The position numbers and the translations under genes were made by a program. Shown here piece after piece: positions 23,676-33,700 of a stretch of 41,648 nucleotides of DNA. Under the pieces are notes generated by a model that saw only the letters and a program-made list of their open reading frames with translations, did not search any database and had not been told where the DNA came from. Within the stretch, counting starts at the first letter, position 1; the number at the start of each line of letters is the position of its first letter. This DNA comes from a virus (Duplodnaviria > Caudoviricetes): the IMG/VR virus record IMGVR_UViG_3300031949_001709, positions 1 to 41,648 of that record; one strand, written 5' to 3'.

Positions 23676-24826
23676 AGATCGCCTTCCTGCACACGAACAA
23701 TAATGGAGTTGGGTATTACCGATCCTGGATGGTAGAGCGGTGGATCAAAAAGCTCGGGCTGGCCGAGACGTTCCGAATGCCGGACGAACTCAAGGGTGTC
23801 TGCTGGACGAAGGAGCACAACACGACGGACTTCCCGGCGATGGAGGAAATGTTCGAGTGGGCCGACGTGCTGCTCATTCAACGGTTCGAGACGCTTGAGC
23901 ACATCGCTTACTGCGAGGCTATGCGTGACATGTTCAAGACGAAGATGGTGATGGATATCGACGACAACGTGGTGGACATGAGCCCCGATAACCCGGCCTT
24001 CGATATGTTCCAGCGCAACGTCGAGGACACCATCCACATGAGCCCGGTCCCGCTCGTGGAAGGGTCAACGCCCATCAAGGTCGATACCGAGAAGGGGCCG
24101 ATGTACATGAACGTGGTCAGGCCGAGCATCCGCGTGGTGGCGCTCATGCAGATGAAGCGCTCCGACGCGATTATCACGTCCACCCCGGGCCTCAAGCGTG
24201 CCTACGCGGACTACTCGCCGGACATCCGCGTGGTGATGAACGCCATCGACGCGGAGGACTACGCGCCGGCTCCGAAGCGGCGGGACGGCACGGTGCGGAT
24301 CGGCTGGGCGGGCGGCGCCGCGCACTACCAGGACTTGTCAACCGTCGCCAAGGCGCTGTCGAAGGTGGCCGGGAAGTACCCGCAGGCGCGGTTCGTGTTC
24401 GTGAACTCGCCCTACGACTGGCGGGACGTGCTGCCGGCGGCTCAGGTCGAGGAGCATCCGTTCGTGCCGATCCGGGCGTGGCCCGAGCTCCTGCGCTCGC
24501 TCCAGTTCGACATCGGCATCGCCCCCCTCACGGCCTCTCCGTTCAACGCGGGAAAATCGAATATAAAATTCATGGAAGCGGCCTCCCAGCGCACGCCAAC
24601 CGTGTGCAGCGCCGTGGAGCCCTTCCTGACCAGCGTGGTGGACGGCGAGACGGGATACATCGCCCACTCGGAACAGGAGTGGGTGGAGCGGATCTCCCGG
24701 CTCGTCGAGGAGGAGGAGGAGCGCAGGAGAGTCGGGGAGAACGCCTACGACGAGGTGATGCGCTCATGGACGATGGAGCAGCGGGCGCATGACTGGATGC
24801 GGCACTTCAAGGAGATCGTCGGATGA
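23672..24826 (+). CDS. GT-B fold (GT4-like) glycosyltransferase
   Basis: GVGYYR, DIDD, IGWAG...H..DL, DIGIAPL..SPFN.GKSNIKFMEA, DGETG. Confidence 0.9.
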   Translation: MKIAFLHTNNNGVGYYRSWMVERWIKKLGLAETFRMPDELKGVCWTKEHNTTDFPAMEEMFEWADVLLIQRFETLEHIAYCEAMRDMFKTKMVMDIDDNVVDMSPDNPAFDMFQRNVEDTIHMSPVPLVEGSTPIKVDTEKGPMYMNVVRPSIRVVALMQMKRSDAIITSTPGLKRAYADYSPDIRVVMNAIDAEDYAPAPKRRDGTVRIGWAGGAAHYQDLSTVAKALSKVAGKYPQARFVFVNSPYDWRDVLPAAQVEEHPFVPIRAWPELLRSLQFDIGIAPLTASPFNAGKSNIKFMEAASQRTPTVCSAVEPFLTSVVDGETGYIAHSEQEWVERISRLVEEEEERRRVGENAYDEVMRSWTMEQRAHDWMRHFKEIVG

Positions 24827-25740
24827 CTGGCGCGGACATCGTAGCCCTTGCCGAGACGTTCACTGGGCGCACGACGGAGAGCGCGAAGATGCTCACGCGC
24901 GCCAACGTGTGCCTCCGCGAAATCTACGCTTCCCACGAGTTTGACTTCAACATTGGGTTAGGCTCGATGGTCTTGGAGGCCATCCAGACCGGGTTGTCTC
25001 TCACGTTCTCTAACACCATCGCCACGTTCGGCGGGGCGGCCACATTGCAGACTTCCGCATACGCGACGGGTGGATGGCTAAACCTCGCATCGCGTAGTGA
25101 GCGGTACATGGTTTATGCAAGCCCTAACGGTGGGCTGCTAATAAGACCAGCGGCGAAGTTCACGGGCACGGCGGATGCCACATGGTTCAAGACGGACTGG
25201 AGCCTCCAGCAAGCTGGGACAAGCCCAGATGCCAACTCATCCGTGGACTTCGGGCGACTAATTGAAATCACATGCGATAAGTCAGGTCTTGAGCTTGAGG
25301 TTATAACCGAAGGAGAATATACGCGCAGGTATGGGACCGTTGATGTTGGGACTACGGGCGAGCCGCGTGTGTGCTGCATGACAACGGTGTTGCGGTCACT
25401 TAATGCTCTCACGGTAGTGCGCGAGCTTGGGGTGAGGCTGTGGCCAATACCTGACGCACGATACACACTCAACTACAAGTATCGCCGCGTGCCTACAGAC
25501 ATCACCCTCACGTCGTCGCCCGAACTAGGGAGCGCGCAGTTTCATGACACGCTGGCCTGGGGTGCGGCCTACCTGACGAGACTCGACGATGCTGACACGA
25601 CCTGGCAGTGGTTCTATCAGCAGTACCAGAAGCGCATCGCGGACCTGAAGTGGTTTCACGCAACGCCTCCGAATGCCAACCAGCGGGCGCTCGGGCCGCG
25701 TGACGGCAACCGGAGTATCGATCCGAAGGGCTGGTTCTGA
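24823..25740 (+). CDS. Head-to-tail adaptor protein
   Basis: N-terminal helix ANVCLREI...FDF and C-terminal GEPR...LWPIPD..YTL.Y.Y...FHDTL..GA pattern. Confidence 0.75.
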   Translation: MTGADIVALAETFTGRTTESAKMLTRANVCLREIYASHEFDFNIGLGSMVLEAIQTGLSLTFSNTIATFGGAATLQTSAYATGGWLNLASRSERYMVYASPNGGLLIRPAAKFTGTADATWFKTDWSLQQAGTSPDANSSVDFGRLIEITCDKSGLELEVITEGEYTRRYGTVDVGTTGEPRVCCMTTVLRSLNALTVVRELGVRLWPIPDARYTLNYKYRRVPTDITLTSSPELGSAQFHDTLAWGAAYLTRLDDADTTWQWFYQQYQKRIADLKWFHATPPNANQRALGPRDGNRSIDPKGWF

Positions 25741-27689
25741 TGAGGCTCAACGAAGTGACACGCACATGGCCGGCACCCATTCAGGGGCTCAACACGGACA
25801 ACCCGGTTGAGTTGATCCCTGATTCTCAGTGTCCGGACATGCTGAACGTCTACCACGAGGAGGGCTCACTTCGGAAGTCACTCGGGTTCTCGAAGTCCTC
25901 CTCCGTCGCGCTGGTGCTGAACACGGTCACGATCACCATCGGGCGAATCTACAACTTCATCAAGGCGGACGGGACTCAGGCTTACGTTGCGGAGGCCATT
26001 CAGACCGGAGGCACCGGGGGCAGCCAGCGGCACGTCGTCAAGTTCGCATCTGGTTCGTGGTCCACGACTCCAATCCTGTCGGGGCTTAACGCCGACGCCG
26101 AGATCAACTTCGCCACCTTCGGCAACTACCTGATCATCTGCAACGGCGTGGACAACAACTTCATGTCCGACGGGACGGCCGCCGGCACCTTCCGCCTAGG
26201 TATCTCGCCGCCCACGAACGCGCTGGGCGCGCCAGCGCAGGCCGCCGGGGCCATAACGAACGCGACGTACCGCTACAAGTATACCTACACGAACAACACG
26301 ACCGGCATCGAGAGCAACCCGACCACGGCTTCTATCTCGGTCGCCTACGCCGATGGCTCCGGGGCGTCTCAGGGGACGTTCACCGCTCCCGCGAACTCAA
26401 GCGCCGCGGCTGAGGGCGTAAGCCACTGGACGCTCTATCGCACTGTGGCCGGCGGCGCGGCGGCAGGTCCGTATTTCAAGGTGACCACCGGGACCATCGC
26501 GGCGAACATCGTGGACAACCTCGCCGACTCCTCTCTCGGCGTGCAGATGGAGATGGATCATGACGTGGCGCCGAAGTGCCAGGTGCCGCACGTCTGGTAC
26601 AACAGGTTGTGGCTCACGAAGGAGACGGCGAATCCCTCGACGGCCTACTGGAGCCGGGTGAACAAGCTGGCCTACTTCCCGCAGCAGATCGGTGATCCGC
26701 TCGGGGCCAACAACGTAGAGAACATGGATCTGTCCGACGGCGACCGGGTGACGGGCATCGGCGACATCGGAAACATGATCTGCTTCTACAAGAACAGATC
26801 GGTCCATCCCTACGTGAACTCCGGGGGAGACGCTTTCTATAGGGTGGAGACGAAGCGCACCTTCGGCGCCGCCAACCACCGGAGCATCATTCAGCGGCAG
26901 GGGGGGCTCTGGAGCGCCGACTTCAACGGCATCTGGTACTTCGACGGGCAGGCTGGAATTCGCACCACGCTTCGCATCGACACGACGTTCTCGGCCATGA
27001 GCGACGCCGGGAAGGCCAAGTTCCACGCGGCTTGGTACGAGATGCTGAACGTCTACATCCTGTTCTACCAGCGTACCGGGTCCACCTCCACCGACGCGGC
27101 GATCATGGTGGATACATTCGGCCTGCGTCCCAGGGCCGATCGTGTGGGATTGTTCAAGCTGGAACCGCTAAAGGCTTACGGCTCGGGGATGCTCACTGAT
27201 TCCAACGGCAAGCCGATCGTGTGGATCGGCGGAACCGTCGGGCACTCCTACGAGATGTTCAAGACGGGCGTGTTCACCTATGACGACGCGGCCTACACGG
27301 CCTACTTCAAGACTAAGCACTACCAGATCGACCCGCACATGATCTACCGCTTCCGGGAGTTCATCGGCACGTTCAAGAGCGCCACAGGTTCGGCGCTGAC
27401 GCTGACGTGGAGCGTGGATTTCGACCGGGAGACGCGCGGCACCACCATCGCCCTGACGCAGACCGGGGCGGTTGCAACGTGGACCTTCGGTGGCAGCGCC
27501 GCTACATGGACCTTCGGGGGAAGCCCGGCCGTCTGGACCATCGCCTCGCGGACTATCAACGATCTTGAGGCGGAGATCGAGGGCGAGGGCAAGGCTATCC
27601 AGTTCTCTGTTGCCAACAGCGTGTCTGCGCAGGACATGGCCACGTCCAAGCTCGGGTTCCGGGCGCAGCGCAAGCGAAGGGCCGCGTGA
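25740..27689 (+). CDS. Tail stabilisation/nozzle protein (P22 gp10-like beta-propeller)
   Basis: GLNTD....IPD.Q...MLN start, NRLW..., YWS, DGDRVTG, GIWYFDG, YFKTK; C-terminal Trp repeats. Confidence 0.8.
   Translation: MRLNEVTRTWPAPIQGLNTDNPVELIPDSQCPDMLNVYHEEGSLRKSLGFSKSSSVALVLNTVTITIGRIYNFIKADGTQAYVAEAIQTGGTGGSQRHVVKFASGSWSTTPILSGLNADAEINFATFGNYLIICNGVDNNFMSDGTAAGTFRLGISPPTNALGAPAQAAGAITNATYRYKYTYTNNTTGIESNPTTASISVAYADGSGASQGTFTAPANSSAAAEGVSHWTLYRTVAGGAAAGPYFKVTTGTIAANIVDNLADSSLGVQMEMDHDVAPKCQVPHVWYNRLWLTKETANPSTAYWSRVNKLAYFPQQIGDPLGANNVENMDLSDGDRVTGIGDIGNMICFYKNRSVHPYVNSGGDAFYRVETKRTFGAANHRSIIQRQGGLWSADFNGIWYFDGQAGIRTTLRIDTTFSAMSDAGKAKFHAAWYEMLNVYILFYQRTGSTSTDAAIMVDTFGLRPRADRVGLFKLEPLKAYGSGMLTDSNGKPIVWIGGTVGHSYEMFKTGVFTYDDAAYTAYFKTKHYQIDPHMIYRFREFIGTFKSATGSALTLTWSVDFDRETRGTTIALTQTGAVATWTFGGSAATWTFGGSPAVWTIASRTINDLEAEIEGEGKAIQFSVANSVSAQDMATSKLGFRAQRKRRAA
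27474..27539 (+). repeat. 27-bp-period repeat encoding ATWTFGGSA/ATWTFGGSP/AVWT
   Basis: TGGACC recurs three times at 27-nt spacing. Confidence 0.75.
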
Positions 27690-28009
27690 TGGCCAAGGTC
27701 AGGTTCCCGGATGTTCCGATTGCCGACACGGTTGACCCGGCCGTGGCGAGTGCGCTCAGGCAGATAGTCGGGAACACGAAGGCGCTCATCACGCAGATCG
27801 AGTCTGACGAGGTGACGTTCGCTTCCGTGGCCGGGCGGGTGACGATGGCCCATCACCTCGGGAAGTTGCCGACGAAGTGGACGGTGGTGGACACGGACGG
27901 GGCCGCGACGATCCTGGTGTCCGCGGCCGACCGGGCGCTGTGGACGAAGACGGCGGTGGCGTTCACGACGAGCGGCCCCGGAACGACCTTCAGGGTGGAG
28001 CTTAAGTAA
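27689..28009 (+). CDS. Small tail-associated protein
   Basis: TGATG coupling; HHLGKLP..W.VVD motif typical of small tail beta domains. Confidence 0.65.
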   Translation: MAKVRFPDVPIADTVDPAVASALRQIVGNTKALITQIESDEVTFASVAGRVTMAHHLGKLPTKWTVVDTDGAATILVSAADRALWTKTAVAFTTSGPGTTFRVELK

Positions 28010-28696
28010 ATGTCCAAGCCGACCATGATCGCCTTCGATGCGTCAAACCCCATCGAAGACATGAACACGAACCTAGACGTACTGGCCTCCAAGTTTGACG
28101 GGGCGATAGTTGACTCCGATATATCAAGCGTCAGCTACGCGAAGCTGGTTCTTGGCGGCAACATCGTAAACGCCGACATCAACGCATCGGCCGGTATCGT
28201 CGGAACGAAGCTGGCGGCAAATACCATAGCCGGGGGGGCGAGCAATCAGCTCGCGCTCTCCACCGTGGACCTCGTGAACATGGTGATCGGGGCGGTCATG
28301 AAGGTGAGCGGCCCGACGGTCAATACCGGGGCCATATCCGCCTATTCCTCGGCCTCCGAGACCGACATTACGGGTGCCAGCGTGTCCTACACGCCCGCCG
28401 AGAGCGGCAGTAAGATCCTGGCCTTCGGGCAGGCTACGGCCACGCGGCAGAACAACGCCCCGATCTGGCAGCTTGGTGTGAACATCGCCGGGGTCACGCA
28501 GACCTACAAGCCGAAGGGGAAGACCGGGAGCAGCGCCGGTGACCCTAACACACTCACGGCCTTCTATTTCTATACCTTCGCCAGCGGATCGGCGCAGACG
28601 GTAAAGCTCGTGTGCAACGGGGACGGGTCCAATCAGTTCAACATCGCCATCGGCGACTCGAATCTGTGGATCATCGAATTCAAGAGGAGCGCCTGA
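28010..28696 (+). CDS. Tail fibre/needle-like structural protein
   Basis: IVDSDI/IVNADINASAGI..TKLA repeats followed by a beta-sandwich-like C-terminus. Confidence 0.65.
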   Translation: MSKPTMIAFDASNPIEDMNTNLDVLASKFDGAIVDSDISSVSYAKLVLGGNIVNADINASAGIVGTKLAANTIAGGASNQLALSTVDLVNMVIGAVMKVSGPTVNTGAISAYSSASETDITGASVSYTPAESGSKILAFGQATATRQNNAPIWQLGVNIAGVTQTYKPKGKTGSSAGDPNTLTAFYFYTFASGSAQTVKLVCNGDGSNQFNIAIGDSNLWIIEFKRSA

Positions 28697-28697
28697 G

Positions 28698-29339
28698 ATG
28701 CCTAAGACCGAGAACGCGGTCGCGCAGACGGGGTTCACCGGGTCCTTCAAGGGTGTGCCGGGTGGCATCGGGAGCACCGGAAAACTCCTGACCCGCATCC
28801 AGCGTGTCGGCCTCCAGAAGTTCTACGACTCCCCCGAGCACGCGCTTCAACTTCAACTCCTTCGGCGCATGAGCACCGGCCAGGACTTTGGGCTCTCGCC
28901 GGAGGAAGCGGGACGTATTCAGGAGCGCGGGCGTCTCGCACAAGAAGCGGCCTTCCGGCAGGCGACGGATCAGGTTGGCAACCTCTGGGCCGCCGGTTTC
29001 CTCACCTCCGGCCAGCAGCAGCAGATGGGGCAAAATGCGCTGTTCGCCCGCTCCACCGGCTTGGCCGACTTCCAGCGGCAGGAGTTCCTGCGGCAGCTTG
29101 AGGAAGCCCGCCAGCGGCCCCTGTTCCAGCTTCAGAGCGTGGAGGGGCTGGCGAACGCGCTCACCGGAATCCCGAACTTCTCGCAGATCAACGAACTGCT
29201 CAGGACTCGGATCATGGCGCAGCAGGCGGCTGGTGGCGGGGCGGTTCCGCAGCCCGGTGGAGGCGGCGGTGGCGGCGGCGGGTTCCCGTGGGGACAGATC
29301 GGCGGGCAAGTGCTCGGGTCGATTGCGGGTCGGATATAG
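28698..29339 (+). CDS. Probable DNA ejection (pilot) protein
   Basis: Gln/Ala/Gly-rich helical protein with Gly-rich hydrophobic C-terminus; first of three ejection-type genes. Confidence 0.65.
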   Translation: MPKTENAVAQTGFTGSFKGVPGGIGSTGKLLTRIQRVGLQKFYDSPEHALQLQLLRRMSTGQDFGLSPEEAGRIQERGRLAQEAAFRQATDQVGNLWAAGFLTSGQQQQMGQNALFARSTGLADFQRQEFLRQLEEARQRPLFQLQSVEGLANALTGIPNFSQINELLRTRIMAQQAAGGGAVPQPGGGGGGGGGFPWGQIGGQVLGSIAGRI

Positions 29340-29348
29340 GGGTACTCG

Positions 29349-30734
29349 ATGGGCGAAAGGAACCAGGGCCTCGCGCAGTTCATCGGCGGGTTCACGCAAG
29401 CCTACGATTCCGAGCAGGATCGCCAGCGGCGCATCCTTCAGCAGCAGCTTGAGCAGTCGGCGCGTGAACGTGAGATTGCCCTTGTGCTGGCGAAGTCGGG
29501 AGTTACGGACCCGGCGGTGTTCGAGTCGATGCGGCCCGCGCCCATCTCAGCCCCCGGTCCCACAACGGCCGGCGGCGCCATAACGGACATCCTCGGCCGC
29601 CTCGGGAAGCAACTGCCCGGGAAGGCCGGGGAGGTGGCGGGAAGGTTCCAAGCCCCGGGTAGCAACATGCGGCCGGAGATCACGGGCGATGAGTACGGGG
29701 CGCTGGCGCAGGCAATCGGGCAGGCGCAGACGGCCGAGAGCGAAGCGAAGGTGCGGCAGGTGGTGGCCGAGACGATAGCGCGGGAGCAGGCGAAGACAGC
29801 CGCCGACCCGGTGAAGTCCTACATCGCAAACCTTCTCGGCGGGGCGGCTCCTGGGGGCGCGGCTCCGGCCGGAGAGCCAAAGCTTCCTACCGGCGTGGCC
29901 GGGGACATAGTGCGCCACCAGCTCGGGCTCCCGAGCCAGCTTTCGGAGCAGACGGCGAAGGACACGGCGACCTCGAAGGCCGAGAAGAAGGCACAGGACG
30001 CCCGCTTGAAGGAACTGATCGCCGCCGACGAGTCCGGCGCGTCAACGCCCGAGCAGGAGGCCGAGCTGCGCGGGCTTCTCGCGGTGGCCGGGCGCTCCTA
30101 CCGGCTGCGCTCCGACCGGCAGGTGGACGACGCGAAGGCTCAGGCGACCCTTGACAACACGCTCCAGGGGCGGCGGCAGCAGCTTCTAACCTCGCTTCGC
30201 TCTCCGGCCATGAAGAAGGTCAAGTCCACGCGCTACGCGACGCTGCGCGAACTCATGCGACTCAACAACATGGCCGGCATTCCTACCCTAGAGGAGGTGG
30301 AAGATACATGGGGTCCTGGCGGCTCAACTACGAGTGATCCCGAAGGGATTGGCACTCTTCTAAGCATCGACTTCTCGAAGGAAGATGCCGGAACCGCGAT
30401 GGTGAAACTCGCCCCGTTCATCAAGGCCGGGGTGATTGCCAAGCCTCAGTTCGACGCCATCTTCGTCGCCCCGAAGGACGACGGCGGGATCGGCGCGGAT
30501 CAGCAGACGGCCGAACTAGCGTGGCATCAGGCGGTGACGTTGGCACAGGGCGGCGGGGCTCCTGCGGCGGCTCCGGCGATCGGGGAAGGCTCGGGGTTGC
30601 CGGGGGCTCCGCCGCCCGCCACCGCCGCAGCGAGGCCGTCGTTTCAGGAGCGCATCGGACAACTCAAGGCGCAGGGAGTGAGCAAGGCCGAAGGGCGGAA
30701 GATACTCAAGCAGGAAGGGTATCCGGTTGACTGA
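29349..30734 (+). CDS. Probable DNA ejection protein
   Basis: GLAQFIGGFTQAY N-terminus, Ala-rich coiled coil, no Cys. Confidence 0.65.
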   Translation: MGERNQGLAQFIGGFTQAYDSEQDRQRRILQQQLEQSAREREIALVLAKSGVTDPAVFESMRPAPISAPGPTTAGGAITDILGRLGKQLPGKAGEVAGRFQAPGSNMRPEITGDEYGALAQAIGQAQTAESEAKVRQVVAETIAREQAKTAADPVKSYIANLLGGAAPGGAAPAGEPKLPTGVAGDIVRHQLGLPSQLSEQTAKDTATSKAEKKAQDARLKELIAADESGASTPEQEAELRGLLAVAGRSYRLRSDRQVDDAKAQATLDNTLQGRRQQLLTSLRSPAMKKVKSTRYATLRELMRLNNMAGIPTLEEVEDTWGPGGSTTSDPEGIGTLLSIDFSKEDAGTAMVKLAPFIKAGVIAKPQFDAIFVAPKDDGGIGADQQTAELAWHQAVTLAQGGGAPAAAPAIGEGSGLPGAPPPATAAARPSFQERIGQLKAQGVSKAEGRKILKQEGYPVD

Positions 30735-33700
30735 CACCTTCTCACAGACATGGGACAGCGTTCGCCCATCGCTCGATTACGAGCGGGTCGTTGACGCCCT
30801 CAAGGCGGCGGAGCGGTCTGCCTACGATGCCGTCTCGCCTGCCGGGGCGCGCTCGCCTTATCAGATCATCCAGCCGACGTTTCACGGCATCCGCCGCCTG
30901 CGGCCCGACCTGCCGGAGATCCAGTTCTCGGATCTCTCGAAGAAGGAGAACGAGCCCGTGGCCCGGCAGTACGCGAAGGCCATCGTGGAGGACATCGCTT
31001 CGAGGAGCCCGGACCCGAAGGACATCGCGGCCGTCTACAACTCAGGCAAGACCGCCCGCAACGCCCCCGCCAGCATTCAGACCGACTACATCCCACGCTT
31101 CCTATCCGCACTCCGGGCGGCCGTGAGTCCTTCGGAGGCGCAAGCGGCCGATCCGGGCAGTTTCGATGCTGCGTGGGATGCCGCTCCTTCAAAGGCTTCC
31201 GACTTTGACGCGGCGTGGGGCACGGCCCCAGGAGCCGACCCTGTGTCCCTCGTCAACGCCGCGCAGCGGAAGGCCGACGTTGAGCGCACGGCCGGAATCC
31301 TCGCCGAACTCAGGAAGCGCAACGTTATTGCGCCGCACGAGCAGGTATCGGACGAGGAGCAGCGGGCCATTGCGGAAAGTTTCCAGCGCGGGATGCAGAG
31401 CCCAATGCTCGGAGCCATCTTCGAGAGCGGGGCCGGGCGGCTGGCGACGAAGGCGACAACCAGCGTTGCCGGGCTGTTTGGTCCAGAGAAAGCCGCCGAG
31501 TGGCAACTGACTGAGGCATCCCGCGAAGCCTACAACCTCGGCCGGGAGATGGCAGCGAGTGAAGGCGGCGTTGGAACGGCACTTGGAGCCGGAGCCTTCC
31601 GCATCGGCCCTGATATCGGGCTCCTTCGCGCCGTCCCCGGCGTCTCGTCTTTTTTGAGTCTCCCCACTCTCGGAGCCGGGACGGCCGCCCTCACCCCCGG
31701 AGCCACGCCAGAAAGCGTCGGTATGGGGGCGCTTGAGGGCCTTGAGGCGGCTGCGGCCTTTGGGCTGGCGGGGAAGGCCGGGCAAGTACTGGCCCCGTCT
31801 GGACTCATCGGTCGCGCAACACAGGTGGGGCTTCAGGGACTTGCCGGTGAGGAGTTGGCCCGCATTCACGGTGCGGAACCAGAGGAAAGAGTTGCACAAG
31901 GGCTGCTCGGTGGCTTCTTCGGCCTCCAGTCGCCCGTGGTGCCCGAACTCGGGGCCATCCCGATGCGTCAGCGGCCCGCGGCGCTCCTTCGCGGAACCTC
32001 TCCGGCGAGCATGGAGGGGGCGCAGAGTATCGAGATCGGCCAGCGCATTCTTGGACAGGGTGCAGATGTCCGCGCGGCTCAAGCCCGAACATCTAATATC
32101 TCTGCCCTCCCTACAGCCGTCACTCAGGCATCGGAAGGTCTACGGGCCATCTTCGGACAGCCGCCGGAGGAGCAGCCGCGCGTGGAGTACCCGAGTCAGA
32201 ACCCGCGATGGCTTCGGGCATCTCCCTCGCCGGAACCTGCCGCCGAGCGTGCGGCAAGCCAGTCTCAGGTGGAGACGTTCCTGAAGGGTGGGAAGAAGGC
32301 AGCGCCTACCGAGCCGCCTTCCATGGCCGACATTCACCTCTCCATGCAGATGGCCGCGAACGCGAAGGCCGTGAAGGGTGAGCCAAATCACGCTTATATG
32401 GACCCCATCATCTCGAAGGACCTCATCATACGGAGGCTGACCCCAGAAGCCCGCGCCGCGATGAACGCCGGGCTCCTGCCCGACGGGACCGCGAAGCAGA
32501 TCATCGCCTCCGCCGCCTCCCCGAAGTCGTCCGGCCGGCAAACCATCGAGACGATGATGCTGATCGACGGGCGCACCGTCGTCCCGAGCGGCTACGAGGG
32601 GGCCATCCTCCCGGCGGCCGGGGAACTCTACGTGGATCGGCTAGGCCCTGCGGACGTGGCGGCCGTGTGGGACCTCTCCCCGCAGACCATCCGGGACTTG
32701 AGCGTGGGCAGGCGCGAAATCGGCTCCCCCGAGCGCGCCTTCAAGCAGCACCCGTTGACCCGCGCCCTGTTCGACGTGCTGGACCGACGCATCGACCCGG
32801 CGGCGCGCTATCTAGCGGAAAAGTGGCTTGGCGCTGAGGCCGCAGCTTGGGGAAATAAAGAACCAGCAGAGGCAGATGTTCAGGTTGTTAATAGAGTGTT
32901 AGATGGAAAATCAGATGCAAAGGTATTCATCCAAGGCCGTCCCGATCTCATGGAAGTAGTTGGTAAACTTCGTTCTATTTATAACGAAGTGGCGACGGTA
33001 TTTCCAGAAGCGATTACTCCTGAAAGGAACATTGGCGAGTATTTCCCTCACATGACGCTTGCACCAAATGCTGATGGGAACCTCGTTCCAGTCCACAACA
33101 TCGCGGACTTGCCGGTGGATGTTAAAGCGATGATCCCGAAGAAGAAGTTTCTCGGGTCGATCGACAAGGATCGGACTGTCCTAGACCCGACATTTCTTGA
33201 TTATGGAAGAGAGACAACACGTATTTATCTACGCATGGCGGCCCGCAAGGCGGCCTGGGACCAGATGGGCGGCACGGAAGTGGCTCAGACCGTGGATCTG
33301 CTCCGCTCAAAGCTAGGCGCGGATCACAGCGTCTACAAGTACACCCGCGATTTCGTGGTGAACTACCTCGGGCGCAACCGGGAGATGCAGAACAGGATTG
33401 CCGAGCGGGCGCTGGAACGCCTCCGCACCAATACTATCGCACTGGCCGATGCTGATCCTAAGACACTGAGTCTGCTCAAGCGTGGCGTCAGGATGGTGGC
33501 GAAGGGGGCGGTCCGCAGCGGAGCGATGGAGAACACGGTGTTCGCACCGTTACCGGTGACGCGGTTCGGGGAGCTGGCGCGGACAATCGAGTACAACTCG
33601 AAGATCGGAGGGAACTTCAACATCTCGATGATCAACTCCGTTCAGCCGTGGACTCACGCGCTGCCGAAGCTCTCAACCTCCCGCGCCGGGAAGTACCTGG

